This document shows, one piece after another, positions 8,766-17,354 of a stretch of 30,712 bases of DNA. Below the pieces are notes generated by a model. The model did no database searches, was not told where the DNA came from, and saw nothing but the letters and a program-made list of their open reading frames with translations. Position numbers and translations under genes: made by a program. Each line of letters starts with the position of its first letter. Position 1 is the first letter of the stretch. The stretch spans positions 1 through 30,712 of the forward strand of contig JBGSVZ010000010.1 of assembly GCA_041752695.1 (NCBI GenBank), read 5' to 3'. The stretch is from Terrimicrobiaceae bacterium. GTDB taxonomy: Bacteria; Verrucomicrobiota; Verrucomicrobiia; Chthoniobacterales; Terrimicrobiaceae.

Positions 8766-9128
8766 TCAGCCTTCGGCCATGGGTGGCATGACGGGCCGGA
8801 TCTCCGTGGAGGCATAGGCCGAAGACGGACTGCGCGCCGCCCACTCCAGCGCGGCGTCAAGGTCGGGAACGTCAATCACGAAAAACCCACCCAGCATCTC
8901 CTTTGACTCCGGATACGGGCCGTCGTGAACCTCTCGCTTGCCATCCCGGATCCGCACGGTCGTGGCCGCCGCCGGGGGCTGCAAGCCCTCGCCACTTTGC
9001 ATGATGCCTGAGCCTGCCAGCGCTTCACAGTAGGCCGACCACGCAGCCCAATAAGCGGGCGCTTTCTCGGGGTCATTGCGTTGGGCAAAGTCTCCCTCGG
9101 TTTCCTTGAACATGAGCATGTATTTCAT
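8766..9128 (-). CDS. YciI/DGPF-family protein
   Basis: MKYMLM start; ATTVR, DGPYPESKEMLGGFFVIDVPDLDAALEWAAR and EIRPV. Confidence 0.93.
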   Translation of the reverse strand: MKYMLMFKETEGDFAQRNDPEKAPAYWAAWSAYCEALAGSGIMQSGEGLQPPAAATTVRIRDGKREVHDGPYPESKEMLGGFFVIDVPDLDAALEWAARSPSSAYASTEIRPVMPPMAEG

Positions 9129-9182
9129 TGTATTCTTTCTTGTTGGTTTTGCGAAACCCTCTGAATCGGGATTTCGAGGTAC

Positions 9183-9209
9183 GTCGTTTGAGCAGGCGCT
9201 CATTCGACA
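9183..9209 (-). promoter_or_regulatory. Candidate ECF42-dependent autoregulatory promoter (-35 TGTCGA, 17 nt, -10 CGAC)
   Basis: The minus strand reads TGTCGA-atgagcgcctgctcaaa-CGAC about 55 nt upstream of the DGPF gene, matching the ECF42 consensus TGTCGA...CG(A/T)C as I recall it. Confidence 0.7.
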
Positions 9210-9248
9210 ATGACCGACAAAATTTTCCAAGCGAGGGATTGTCTCCCC

Positions 9249-9288
9249 AAAAGAAAAACCCCGGTGCCCTCACGAGCACCGGGGTTTT
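9249..9288 (-). terminator. Rho-independent terminator of the PEP-CTERM gene
   Basis: 13-bp perfect inverted repeat AAAACCCCGGTGC / GCACCGGGGTTTT; on the minus strand the GC stem is followed by TTTTTCTTTT; 40 nt after the stop codon at 9329. Confidence 0.85.
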
Positions 9289-9328
9289 GTTCCCCCCGGA
9301 ACGAATTGAATTCGAAGGAAAGGTGAGC

Positions 9329-12300
9329 TTAGCCCTGAGGCGTGCTCCGGCGGCGGCGCGAACCGCAGAGCCAGATGACGCCCAGACCCACCATGGCCAG
9401 CGTGGCCGGTTCAGGCACTGCCGTGTAGTTCAGGTAGATGTCCCCGCCCACCACCGAGTAGCTGAAAGACGCTCCACTCCGGACGGAGCCGAGCGACTGG
9501 CCGAGCGCATCGTTGGAAACGGAGGTCACGGAAAACACGGAGCCAGCATAGTTGTTGTCCGCCAGATCAAACACCAACCAGGTCTGATCACTGGCCCAGA
9601 GAGTGTCGGACCAATCCACGCTCGAACCCGTGCCGTTGAACACAAGGCTGGAAGTCACTCCGCTCTGGATCGTCAGGCTTCCTGCCGCGAGAATATTCAC
9701 GCCGTCGAAATTTGTTCCCCGCCCCGCGGTGGAGTCCGCGACCAGCTCAAATTTGAAATTCGAGGAAGTTTCAAGGGTTAAGTTCGAGTAACTCGGCAGG
9801 CCCGGGCTGTTGCCAGGGGACAAGGTCCCGCCACTCTGGATCGTCACGGCACTTGTCACCGTGCCGGAACCGCCGAGCGTGGCGCCGGTCGCGACAGTCA
9901 CGGGTCCCGTCGTCACCAAGCTGTTGACCAAAAGGGTGCCGGTGTTGGTGACCGAAAAAGCCGTCGAGGCGGAACGCCCATTCAGGTTCAACACGCCACC
10001 GTTGACCGTGGTCGTTCCCGTGTAGCTACTGTCGCCGCCAAGCACCAGCGTGCCCGTTCCCGTTTTTGTGAGGGACCCGGTTTTTCCCGCACCCTGAGCG
10101 ATGACGCCGTTGAAGATGGTGTTTTCGTTGCTGGAACCGACCGTAAGGGTCGCGCTGGATCCGGTGGGGTTGATGGTGACCGTGCCGTCGGTGCCACGCA
10201 AGCCGCCGAGGGTGGCTCCAGTGCCGGCGAGGGTCAGGTTCGCGGCGTTGTTGTTCGCGCCCACCAGAGTGACGACGCCCGTGCCGAGGGCGTTGTTGGT
10301 GGTGGCGGTGACATTGATCCCCTCGATCTGGGTGCCGCCGGTGTAGGTGTTGTTACCGCCCAGCGTGAAACCGCCCGGCCCCGTGGTTGAGGCGTTGTTG
10401 ACCAGACGGAGCAATCCTGCGCCGGAAATGTCGCCGTTCCAGGTGACGGTGCTGGAGGTCGTATTGTTGGCCAGAGTGTTGTTGCCGACGTTGCCGAGCA
10501 GCATCAGCCCGCGGGTGGAAGTGAAGCCGGCGAAAAATTGCAAGCTGCCGCCGCCATGCACAACGTTGTTGGCCGAATTTCCGAAGCGTTGATCCTGATC
10601 GACCCCAACAAAGCCATTGCCTCCGATGGTGAAGTCGCCGGTGAAGCCTGCCGTCGTGATGGCGCTCACGGAGAGCCCGCCGCCGTTCAGGTTGCTTAGG
10701 GTCAGACCCGAGGTGCCGGTGACTTGGGTTCCGATCGTGGTGAGAAATCCACTGTTATTGGTCGTTATGACGCCCTCGGCACCACCGAAGGCCAGGGTGC
10801 CACTGCCGATGGTCAGATTCTGCCCAACCGACTGCTGGACATGAATGGCACCGCTGGTCACGGAGACCGTGCTGCTTCCTAAGTTAAAGGTTTGCGCCCC
10901 TGTGGCCCCGGTATTGCTGATAAGCAGGGCGTTCACCGTGGAATTCGCACCATTGACCGTCGAAGCACCGGTCGTTACCGCACTGGTGACGCTGACGTTG
11001 CGGTCCGTGTTGGCCCCGATAGCGACGTCAATAGTGTTGGTATTGCTCGCGTTGACATATTCGCCTGCCACCAACTGACGGATGCCGTTGGCTTCGTAAG
11101 TCACCAAGCCGGTCACGTTGCCGCCTGCTGTCGTGCCACCCCGGGCCCAAGGAAGAACGGAAATATTCGTAGTGCCAGCCGCACCGCCTCCCCCCACGAG
11201 GGTGGGGGTCGCTGAGAATTTGATCTCATTACGCGCGGTTGCGGTAGTGCCCAAGGTATCCCCACGAAAGACTGCGACCGTGCCGGCGTTTCTGGTCAGA
11301 GTCCCAAACTGGAGCGTCTTCACCGTGGCTGCGCCGGGCGTTTGCGCGACGGTGATGAAGTTGCGGCCGCCGCTGTTGATCGTGAGGTCGCCCAGAGTTT
11401 CGCCGGTAGCCGCCGTCGAAGTTCCGTTCAGGGCCAGCAAACCGTTATTGAGCGTGATCCCGGCCGAATTTCCGATGCGGTCGGCATTCACGGCACCCGT
11501 GTTGTTTGTGAGATTCAGGGTGGCCGCGTTATTAATTGTAACTCCCGAAGTGCTGGAAAGCGCACCGGAGTTGCCGGAAAGAGTCAGCGTGGTGCCATTG
11601 AGCGAAGTCGCCCCGGTGTAGGTATTGTTGCTGGTCGTGGTGACGGTGCCGCCCCCCTCCACACTGAGGGCGCTTCCGCTGCCAGTCAGCGCGGTGCCAA
11701 GAGCAAGTGTTCCAAGGCCCCCACCCACGCGGATAGTATTGTCGGAGCCCGCACTGAGCGTGCCATTGTAGGTCACAGTTCCCGTGCTGGCGGACACCAA
11801 ACCGGCTTTGCCATTCCCGATGGCCGCCTGGTTGTAACTTTCCGTGACGGTGGAACTGGCTGCCCCTGCACCCAAACCCAAACGCACTTGGGAATCGGAG
11901 GTAATGAGACCGGCAACGGTGGCCTGGGTCTGGTCGGTGGCGAAGCTCACACGTCCGTTGTTGTAAACCGCCGCTTGGCCACCCGCAATGGCGCTGTAAT
12001 TGGTGGCATCCGTGGCAATAAGACTGGTCCCGTCCGAGTAGAGAGATCCGGAAGAGAATTTATTTGCACCCGTGGCCGTGATCGAGCCATTGACCCCAAT
12101 AAGCGAACCCGAATTGGCCGCGCCATTGGCCAAGACGAGGTTGACCCCCCCGACGAGAATGTTGCCGGTCGCAGTTTTCGTCCGGTTGAGGGTGACCGTC
12201 GGCGTGCCTGAGGTGGAGGCGAAATTCACGCTCTGGCCGATGCCGCCGGATTCCGCGATGACTTGGTCGAAGATGAGATTCGTCCCACCGACGCGGACGG

Positions 12301-13141
12301 TCGATACGTTGCTGTTGTTCGCGGAGCCCAGTGTAAAGGTGGAGGCGGCGGTCAGGCCGACGTCAGAAAACGTCAGCGCTCCGGTTTGGCCGGAATTTCC
12401 GAGAGTGACGGGCCCACCGCTGAGAACGACGTTGTTGCTGACAGTGCGGGCGGTTCCCCCATTAGAGGAGAGGGAGCCGGCGTTGAGGGTGATGGTGCCG
12501 ATGCCGAGGGCGCCGCTGGTGATGGTTCCACTGGTGATCACCTCGTTCCCACCGATGCGAGTCAGGGTGTTGGCAGAATTGTTAACAAAACCACCGGAGA
12601 ACGTATTGGCCCCGGTAAAGGTGATGGCCTGGGAAAACTGGGCGTTTCGGGTGAGGCTGAAGTTCCCGCTAAGGATTCCGTTGACCACTACACTCCCGGC
12701 AGCAGTGTCCGAATTGGTCGTCCAAATCTGATTCGCGGTAAGCTGGATGGGAACGTTCAGCGTTGTCGTTCCACCGTTGCCGACGGTCAGACCACCGGAA
12801 CCAAGCTGGAGCGAACCCCCGCCGGACGTGTTGAGCGTGAAGTTTCTTGCGGCGAACCCCGTGGTGCGGGGGATGATGGTGAGAGCGTCAATGACGTAGC
12901 TGCTCGTGTCCACCGTCACCGTACGGTCATTGGCGTATCCTCCAAAGACAGCAGATTCTCCCGCAGAATCAGGTACATTGCCACCAAGCCACCGGGTGGT
13001 GTCCGACCAGTTTCCACTATCACCGGTAGGAGTTGCCGTGGTCCAGCTTCGCGACTGCCCGTACGATGCGAGCGGCCCGAGCGACAGCACTCCAAGGAGA
13101 AAAAGAGGCTTGTGAAGACGACGGAAGAGAGAGGTTTTCAT
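9329..13141 (-). CDS. PEP-CTERM surface protein with autotransporter-associated beta-strand (PATR) repeats
   Basis: Signal peptide; G/T/N/S/A-rich; PATR-like repeats (LTKTGTGTLVLGGDSSYTGTTTVNGGVL, LGGNNTYTGGTQI, SNNTYTGATSL); LSPGNSPG; C-terminal VPEP, transmembrane helix and RRRR. Confidence 0.95.
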   Translation of the reverse strand: MKTSLFRRLHKPLFLLGVLSLGPLASYGQSRSWTTATPTGDSGNWSDTTRWLGGNVPDSAGESAVFGGYANDRTVTVDTSSYVIDALTIIPRTTGFAARNFTLNTSGGGSLQLGSGGLTVGNGGTTTLNVPIQLTANQIWTTNSDTAAGSVVVNGILSGNFSLTRNAQFSQAITFTGANTFSGGFVNNSANTLTRIGGNEVITSGTITSGALGIGTITLNAGSLSSNGGTARTVSNNVVLSGGPVTLGNSGQTGALTFSDVGLTAASTFTLGSANNSNVSTVRVGGTNLIFDQVIAESGGIGQSVNFASTSGTPTVTLNRTKTATGNILVGGVNLVLANGAANSGSLIGVNGSITATGANKFSSGSLYSDGTSLIATDATNYSAIAGGQAAVYNNGRVSFATDQTQATVAGLITSDSQVRLGLGAGAASSTVTESYNQAAIGNGKAGLVSASTGTVTYNGTLSAGSDNTIRVGGGLGTLALGTALTGSGSALSVEGGGTVTTTSNNTYTGATSLNGTTLTLSGNSGALSSTSGVTINNAATLNLTNNTGAVNADRIGNSAGITLNNGLLALNGTSTAATGETLGDLTINSGGRNFITVAQTPGAATVKTLQFGTLTRNAGTVAVFRGDTLGTTATARNEIKFSATPTLVGGGGAAGTTNISVLPWARGGTTAGGNVTGLVTYEANGIRQLVAGEYVNASNTNTIDVAIGANTDRNVSVTSAVTTGASTVNGANSTVNALLISNTGATGAQTFNLGSSTVSVTSGAIHVQQSVGQNLTIGSGTLAFGGAEGVITTNNSGFLTTIGTQVTGTSGLTLSNLNGGGLSVSAITTAGFTGDFTIGGNGFVGVDQDQRFGNSANNVVHGGGSLQFFAGFTSTRGLMLLGNVGNNTLANNTTSSTVTWNGDISGAGLLRLVNNASTTGPGGFTLGGNNTYTGGTQIEGINVTATTNNALGTGVVTLVGANNNAANLTLAGTGATLGGLRGTDGTVTINPTGSSATLTVGSSNENTIFNGVIAQGAGKTGSLTKTGTGTLVLGGDSSYTGTTTVNGGVLNLNGRSASTAFSVTNTGTLLVNSLVTTGPVTVATGATLGGSGTVTSAVTIQSGGTLSPGNSPGLPSYSNLTLETSSNFKFELVADSTAGRGTNFDGVNILAAGSLTIQSGVTSSLVFNGTGSSVDWSDTLWASDQTWLVFDLADNNYAGSVFSVTSVSNDALGQSLGSVRSGASFSYSVVGGDIYLNYTAVPEPATLAMVGLGVIWLCGSRRRRSTPQG

Positions 13142-13190
13142 GAGGGATAGAGGTGGGGGTTTTCCAAAAAGTATTCAGCGCCTCTCCTCG

Positions 13191-13220
13191 CGCAATGGCT
13201 TGCGAATGCAAACCCTTGCA
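13191..13220. promoter_or_regulatory. Tandem candidate operators CGCAATGGCTTGCG (13191-13204) and TGCAAACCCTTGCA (13207-13220)
   Basis: Same palindromic motif as at 2504, 5214 and 5252; 50-80 nt upstream of the PEP-CTERM start. Confidence 0.6.
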
Positions 13221-13506
13221 ACACCCATCCTGCCGACCCAACCTCATTCGCCCGTCAGCCGAGCAGGAGCGAGCCTTTACCGACACTCAAAGAAGGACAG
13301 GTCTGGCGACGCCAAATGAAAAGAGCATGCGCATGGCGAGGATGGGGAAAATGGGGAGACAGCACATCGCGTCCCTGGCTGGCATCAGAGAAAATGCGGA
13401 GACAGCCTTGGCGCAGCAGAGCCAGGTGGACTCATCGTCGGTGCCCCCGCCCCCTACAGGCCTTGTGGGTTCCGGCATTCCCAAGTGCCGGCCTGCCGCG
13501 TCGGGC

Positions 13507-14541
13507 TCAGCGAACTTTCCGGGTCGTGTTGCCCGGCCGCAGAGTGCAGGGCAGCAGAATGATCCGTCGGGAGGCGTCCGTTCCTTCGATGCGATGGACC
13601 AGACGACGGAGTGCCGCCGCCCCCAGTTCCGCGGAAGGTCCTTCCGTGGAAGTGAACAAAACCCGGGGAGGCGTCCCCGGGGACTGGGAGGAATGGAAAC
13701 CGGTGATCGAGACATCCTTCGGAATCTTTATGCCCGATCGGCTCAAATAATCATGCAGCGACCGCGCCAGCATTTCGCTCGCGCAGATCCAGCCGTCCAC
13801 GCCCCCGCGGGTCAGTTCCAAGGCCCGCCCCATGGCCGCGCCCGATTGGAATTCGCTTTCGGCCAGGGCCTCCGCCAGGGTCACTTCCACCACGTCGCGC
13901 ATTCGCAATTCCTGCTCGTGCTGGATCATGGCGTCGGCATACCCGGCAAAACGCGACCGCGACCAGGTCATTTGCGGACTCAGGCCAAAAAATCCCAGCC
14001 GTTTGCATCCCGACTGTCTGAGATGCCCAACCAGCAGGTCCATTCCTCCGCGATCATCCAGGGAGACCACATCCACGTCGCTGCCGGAATAGTCGTGAAT
14101 AATGGAAACCACCGGAAACCGCTCCCGGAGAGCCCGGGCAATCTCGTCCGGCCAACGGTGAATCAAAACAATGCCATCCACATGGCCGGCCGTCAGCGCC
14201 CGGGGCTGATGCTCCGGCTTCAGGACGTTCAGGCACTCCTCGGGCCGGTAATGATGCGAGATCAGCGACATGTTGAGCGAAATCGCCGCGCTGCTCATGC
14301 CCGCGAGATATTCATGGTCGGTATCAAAACCAATTCCCTGCGACAGCGTGAGAATGTTGCTGAAGCGTTTCTGGTTCAACAACTCCCCGCCCCGGTAGCC
14401 GAGTTGCTGCGCCATATCGAGAATTTGCTGCCGCGTCTCGGGATGAATCCCCGGCAGGTCCCGCAAAGAACGCGACACCGTACTGGCGGACAATCCGAGC
14501 TTCTGGGCAATTTCACGCAAGTTTGTGCGTCTTTTTGACAT
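13507..14541 (-). CDS. LacI-family transcriptional regulator (paralog 1 of a pair)
   Basis: HTH NLREIAQKLGLSASTVSRSL, VDGIVL, GIKIPKDVSITGF and ELGAAALRRL. Start is ATG 14541 or GTG 14544. Confidence 0.92.
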   Translation of the reverse strand: MSKRRTNLREIAQKLGLSASTVSRSLRDLPGIHPETRQQILDMAQQLGYRGGELLNQKRFSNILTLSQGIGFDTDHEYLAGMSSAAISLNMSLISHHYRPEECLNVLKPEHQPRALTAGHVDGIVLIHRWPDEIARALRERFPVVSIIHDYSGSDVDVVSLDDRGGMDLLVGHLRQSGCKRLGFFGLSPQMTWSRSRFAGYADAMIQHEQELRMRDVVEVTLAEALAESEFQSGAAMGRALELTRGGVDGWICASEMLARSLHDYLSRSGIKIPKDVSITGFHSSQSPGTPPRVLFTSTEGPSAELGAAALRRLVHRIEGTDASRRIILLPCTLRPGNTTRKVR

Positions 14542-14637
14542 CACCTAAAACCTCCGCAAGGTTTACCGACCATTCTCCCGCCCGTTTTCATTGCCCCCTA
14601 CCTTCCCTGCCCGGAGAGATCGGGTCAATGAGAAATG

Positions 14638-14710
14638 GCAACAAATCGCAACATTTTCATGACCTCCCATCAACAGGCGTCTCGGCAGGAATCTCGCAAC
14701 AGATAGCAAT
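14638..14710. promoter_or_regulatory. Two copies of a direct-repeat motif: GCAAC-AAATC-GCAAC (14638-14652) and GCAAC-AGATA-GCAAT (14696-14710)
   Basis: 10-bp-periodic GCAA pairs in an AT-rich divergent intergenic region; a third copy is at 20860-20874. Confidence 0.5.
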
Positions 14711-14781
14711 TTTCTTGATGTTTGTTCTCATTCTTGCAATATTGCCATTTCCTGCGATAAGTTTCTCCCAACTCCCCGCCC

Positions 14782-15477
14782 ATGAATGCTCCCTTTTCCC
14801 GACTTTTTGTTGCGCTGACGCTCGTTCTCATCGCCGGAATCACCCCCAGCGAGAGTCTCCGGGCCGCGGACACCTCCATCTGGCTGGCGAAGGATGCCAA
14901 AACATCAGGCGGCGGGATGCTCCTTCCCGACACCGAGGGCGCGGCAGACTTCGAGATCGCGGATGTGGAGGGCATCACCATCGGGGAAAAACCTCCCGGC
15001 GGTGGCGACACCAAATCGCTCGAATTTGCCGGGACACAGGTCCTGGCTTTTCGCACCGTCTCGCCCTTCCCGGCCGGCACCGCCGGATTTAAGGTCCAGT
15101 TGAAAGTCCGAGTGACCGAAGAAACCCTCAGCCAGGATACCACCATCCTCCGGCACGCCACCCAGTGGGAAATCCGCTACCTGCACAAGCGAAAGGCGTA
15201 TCTGTTCGTGGTGTGGCACGAACCCACGGTTGTCACCGAACTGGTCGTTTCTGCCGAGCCCGGGGAATGGCAGAACCTGACCGCCGAATTCCGTCCCGAT
15301 AAGATGACCTTCGCCACGGAGACCGAAAAAACCGACGGAGTTCCCAAGGACACGATGGTGGAAGAACCCAAGCCCCAGGTCCTCCTGCTCGGAGCGAGCG
15401 GACCACGACCGGTGGATGGAGAACTTCCCCGGCCCTTTGTGGGAGCCCTCGCGGACATCCGGATCACGGTGGAATAA
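14782..15477 (+). CDS. Secreted hypothetical protein, concanavalin A/LamG-like jelly-roll domain
   Basis: Signal-peptide-like N-terminus; KSLEFAG...PGEWQNLTAEF...LLLGA...RPFVGALADIRI resembles the LamG pattern. Confidence 0.7.
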   Translation: MNAPFSRLFVALTLVLIAGITPSESLRAADTSIWLAKDAKTSGGGMLLPDTEGAADFEIADVEGITIGEKPPGGGDTKSLEFAGTQVLAFRTVSPFPAGTAGFKVQLKVRVTEETLSQDTTILRHATQWEIRYLHKRKAYLFVVWHEPTVVTELVVSAEPGEWQNLTAEFRPDKMTFATETEKTDGVPKDTMVEEPKPQVLLLGASGPRPVDGELPRPFVGALADIRITVE

Positions 15478-15562
15478 GATCATGAAAACTCTCAAGCCAT
15501 CTCCTATTTCCCCCGGCGGATCCCCCGTCGCCATCATCGAAAAATCTGCCAACCACCGCCCC

Positions 15563-16309
15563 ATGAATTCTCCCACCTCCCGCGCCTTTACCCTTACTGA
15601 GGTGCTCGTGGCCATCGGCATCATTGTCAGCCTCGCCGCCCTCCTGTTTCCCGCCGTGGGAAAAATGCGCGACAAGGCCGCCATGACCACGGATCTGAAT
15701 AATCTCAAACAAATCGGCCAGGGGCTTGCGGCGTTTGCGGGAGAGAACAATGGAAAGATTCCGAACGAGAGCGTGCCGGTCCCCGGCACCGCGACGGCGG
15801 CTGACCAGCCGGACCGAGAAAGCTTTATGGAAGCCGTGGACCGCATGATGACTCCCGACAAAAAATTCTCTTCCATATCGATCTACAACTGGCAGCGACG
15901 CAAAGTCTGGTATTCCAAGGCCTATGCGAAGATGCCTCCCGGCCAGTCGTATCCCTCTTCCCAGTATTATTGGGGAACGGCTTGGGGCATGAACGCATTC
16001 CTATGGAACAACGACTCACCTCTCGACGGCGAGAATGCTTTCAACGGCAACTTGAACCGAGCACCGAATCTTTCCAAGTTGGTTTTGGTCGGAGAAAAAA
16101 ACCGGAACGCTAGGTTAGACTTCGACCCGCGCATCACTCCGACTTTTCAGGCCGATGTCGATAGGAACTACCGCGTCTCCCGCGATGGCAAAGCCTACTA
16201 TCTTTTCGCCGACTACCACATCGAGCTGATCGAAGGCGACCAATCCACCATTGCCCATCCGGAGTACAAGACCTACTCCCCGACCAACCGGCTCTACTAC
16301 GCCTGGTAG
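15563..16309 (+). CDS. Prepilin-type N-terminal cleavage/methylation protein with a variant H-X9-DG C-terminal motif
   Basis: RA|FTLTEVLVAIGIIVSLAALLFPAV...NNLKQIG; WGMN; C-terminal GKAYYLFADYHIE. An alternative ATG lies at 15482. Confidence 0.9.
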   Translation: MNSPTSRAFTLTEVLVAIGIIVSLAALLFPAVGKMRDKAAMTTDLNNLKQIGQGLAAFAGENNGKIPNESVPVPGTATAADQPDRESFMEAVDRMMTPDKKFSSISIYNWQRRKVWYSKAYAKMPPGQSYPSSQYYWGTAWGMNAFLWNNDSPLDGENAFNGNLNRAPNLSKLVLVGEKNRNARLDFDPRITPTFQADVDRNYRVSRDGKAYYLFADYHIELIEGDQSTIAHPEYKTYSPTNRLYYAW

Positions 16310-16316
16310 GCCGGGC

Positions 16317-17354
16317 TTAGCGGACTTTTTCGATCCGGCCCGACTTCTCTGCGCGGGCCATGGTCCGGATGACGCGGAGAGCCGTGACGATTTCCTCCTC
16401 GGACATTTCCCCCGGAAGGGGTTCTCCCTGGATGGCGCGGTGGAAAGCGCTCCACTGGTAGTCCTCGGTGCTTCCCTCCGCGACTGTGGTGAGGCTGTGC
16501 GGAACTCCGCCGCGATTCACCACCACCGCCATTTCCGGACGTTCGCGAGGCGAACCGTGTTTCGCCGGTCCCACATTGCGATACACCGTGCCATTTTCAT
16601 AGTTGAGAGTGAGCGAACTCAACCACCACTGGGCATCATTCACGCAAAACGAGGAAAAGATATTGGCGATGGCCCCGTTCTCGAAAGTCAGACTCAGCTG
16701 GGCATTGTCCGGAGTGGGCCGACCGGTGAATAACCGCGCACTCATCACCGAAACGGTCACCGGTTTTCCGATCAGACGAATCAAGTCGTTGATCAAATAG
16801 ATCCCCAGCCGGAAAATCGGAGCGACCGGACATTTTTCCGGATCGTCATACCACGAACCGTCCGCCGCCTCCCGGTAGTTCGACCAGATATCGGCCCGGG
16901 CAGCCACCGGGCGGCCCAGCGCCAGTTCCTCCCGCCACTGCAGGATCTGCGCCAAATCGGGCGAGGGCAGCGGCGTGGGCGAATTGAGATGAACCACCCG
17001 ACGCAGCGAGCGGGCCAGACGAAGCACCTCAAGCGCGGCATCGGGATCCACCTCGATCGGCTTGGTGGTCATGACGTGTTTGCCCGCCTCGACCGCCCTC
17101 CGGATCAGGCTGGCGCGCCCAAACGGTCCGGTCATGAGCCCAAGCGCCGGGATGCTTTTGTCCTGCAGCAGCGCTTCAAAATCATAATAGGCCCGGACGC
17201 CAAAGGCATGGGCACAGACGTCCACCTTTTCCCGCTCCTTGCAGCAAACGGCCGCAAGTTCGAAGTGTTCGGAGGCTGGACCGCTGAGGATCTGATCCTG
17301 AATAACGGAAAGACCCCAATTTAGGCCAATGATGCCAATGGGAATTTTGCTCAT
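16317..17354 (-). CDS. Gfo/Idh/MocA-family NAD(P)-dependent oxidoreductase
   Basis: IGIIGLNWG Rossmann strand, AGKHVMTTKP, WYDDPEK and FENGAIA. ATGA overlap with the upstream transporter. Confidence 0.9.
   Translation of the reverse strand: MSKIPIGIIGLNWGLSVIQDQILSGPASEHFELAAVCCKEREKVDVCAHAFGVRAYYDFEALLQDKSIPALGLMTGPFGRASLIRRAVEAGKHVMTTKPIEVDPDAALEVLRLARSLRRVVHLNSPTPLPSPDLAQILQWREELALGRPVAARADIWSNYREAADGSWYDDPEKCPVAPIFRLGIYLINDLIRLIGKPVTVSVMSARLFTGRPTPDNAQLSLTFENGAIANIFSSFCVNDAQWWLSSLTLNYENGTVYRNVGPAKHGSPRERPEMAVVVNRGGVPHSLTTVAEGSTEDYQWSAFHRAIQGEPLPGEMSEEEIVTALRVIRTMARAEKSGRIEKVR

Noticed and set aside
9329..13141. Classical type V autotransporter
   Set aside because: No C-terminal beta-barrel; the protein ends in a PEP-CTERM sorting signal.
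13287..13506. Possible small ORF or RNA in the 365-nt gap upstream of the PEP-CTERM gene (hydrophobic C-terminus of ORF 13287-13715; short CCGGCA/TGCCGG hairpin)
   Set aside because: The ORF overlaps the LacI gene out of frame, with no convincing start or family motif; I could not recognise a riboswitch or ncRNA.
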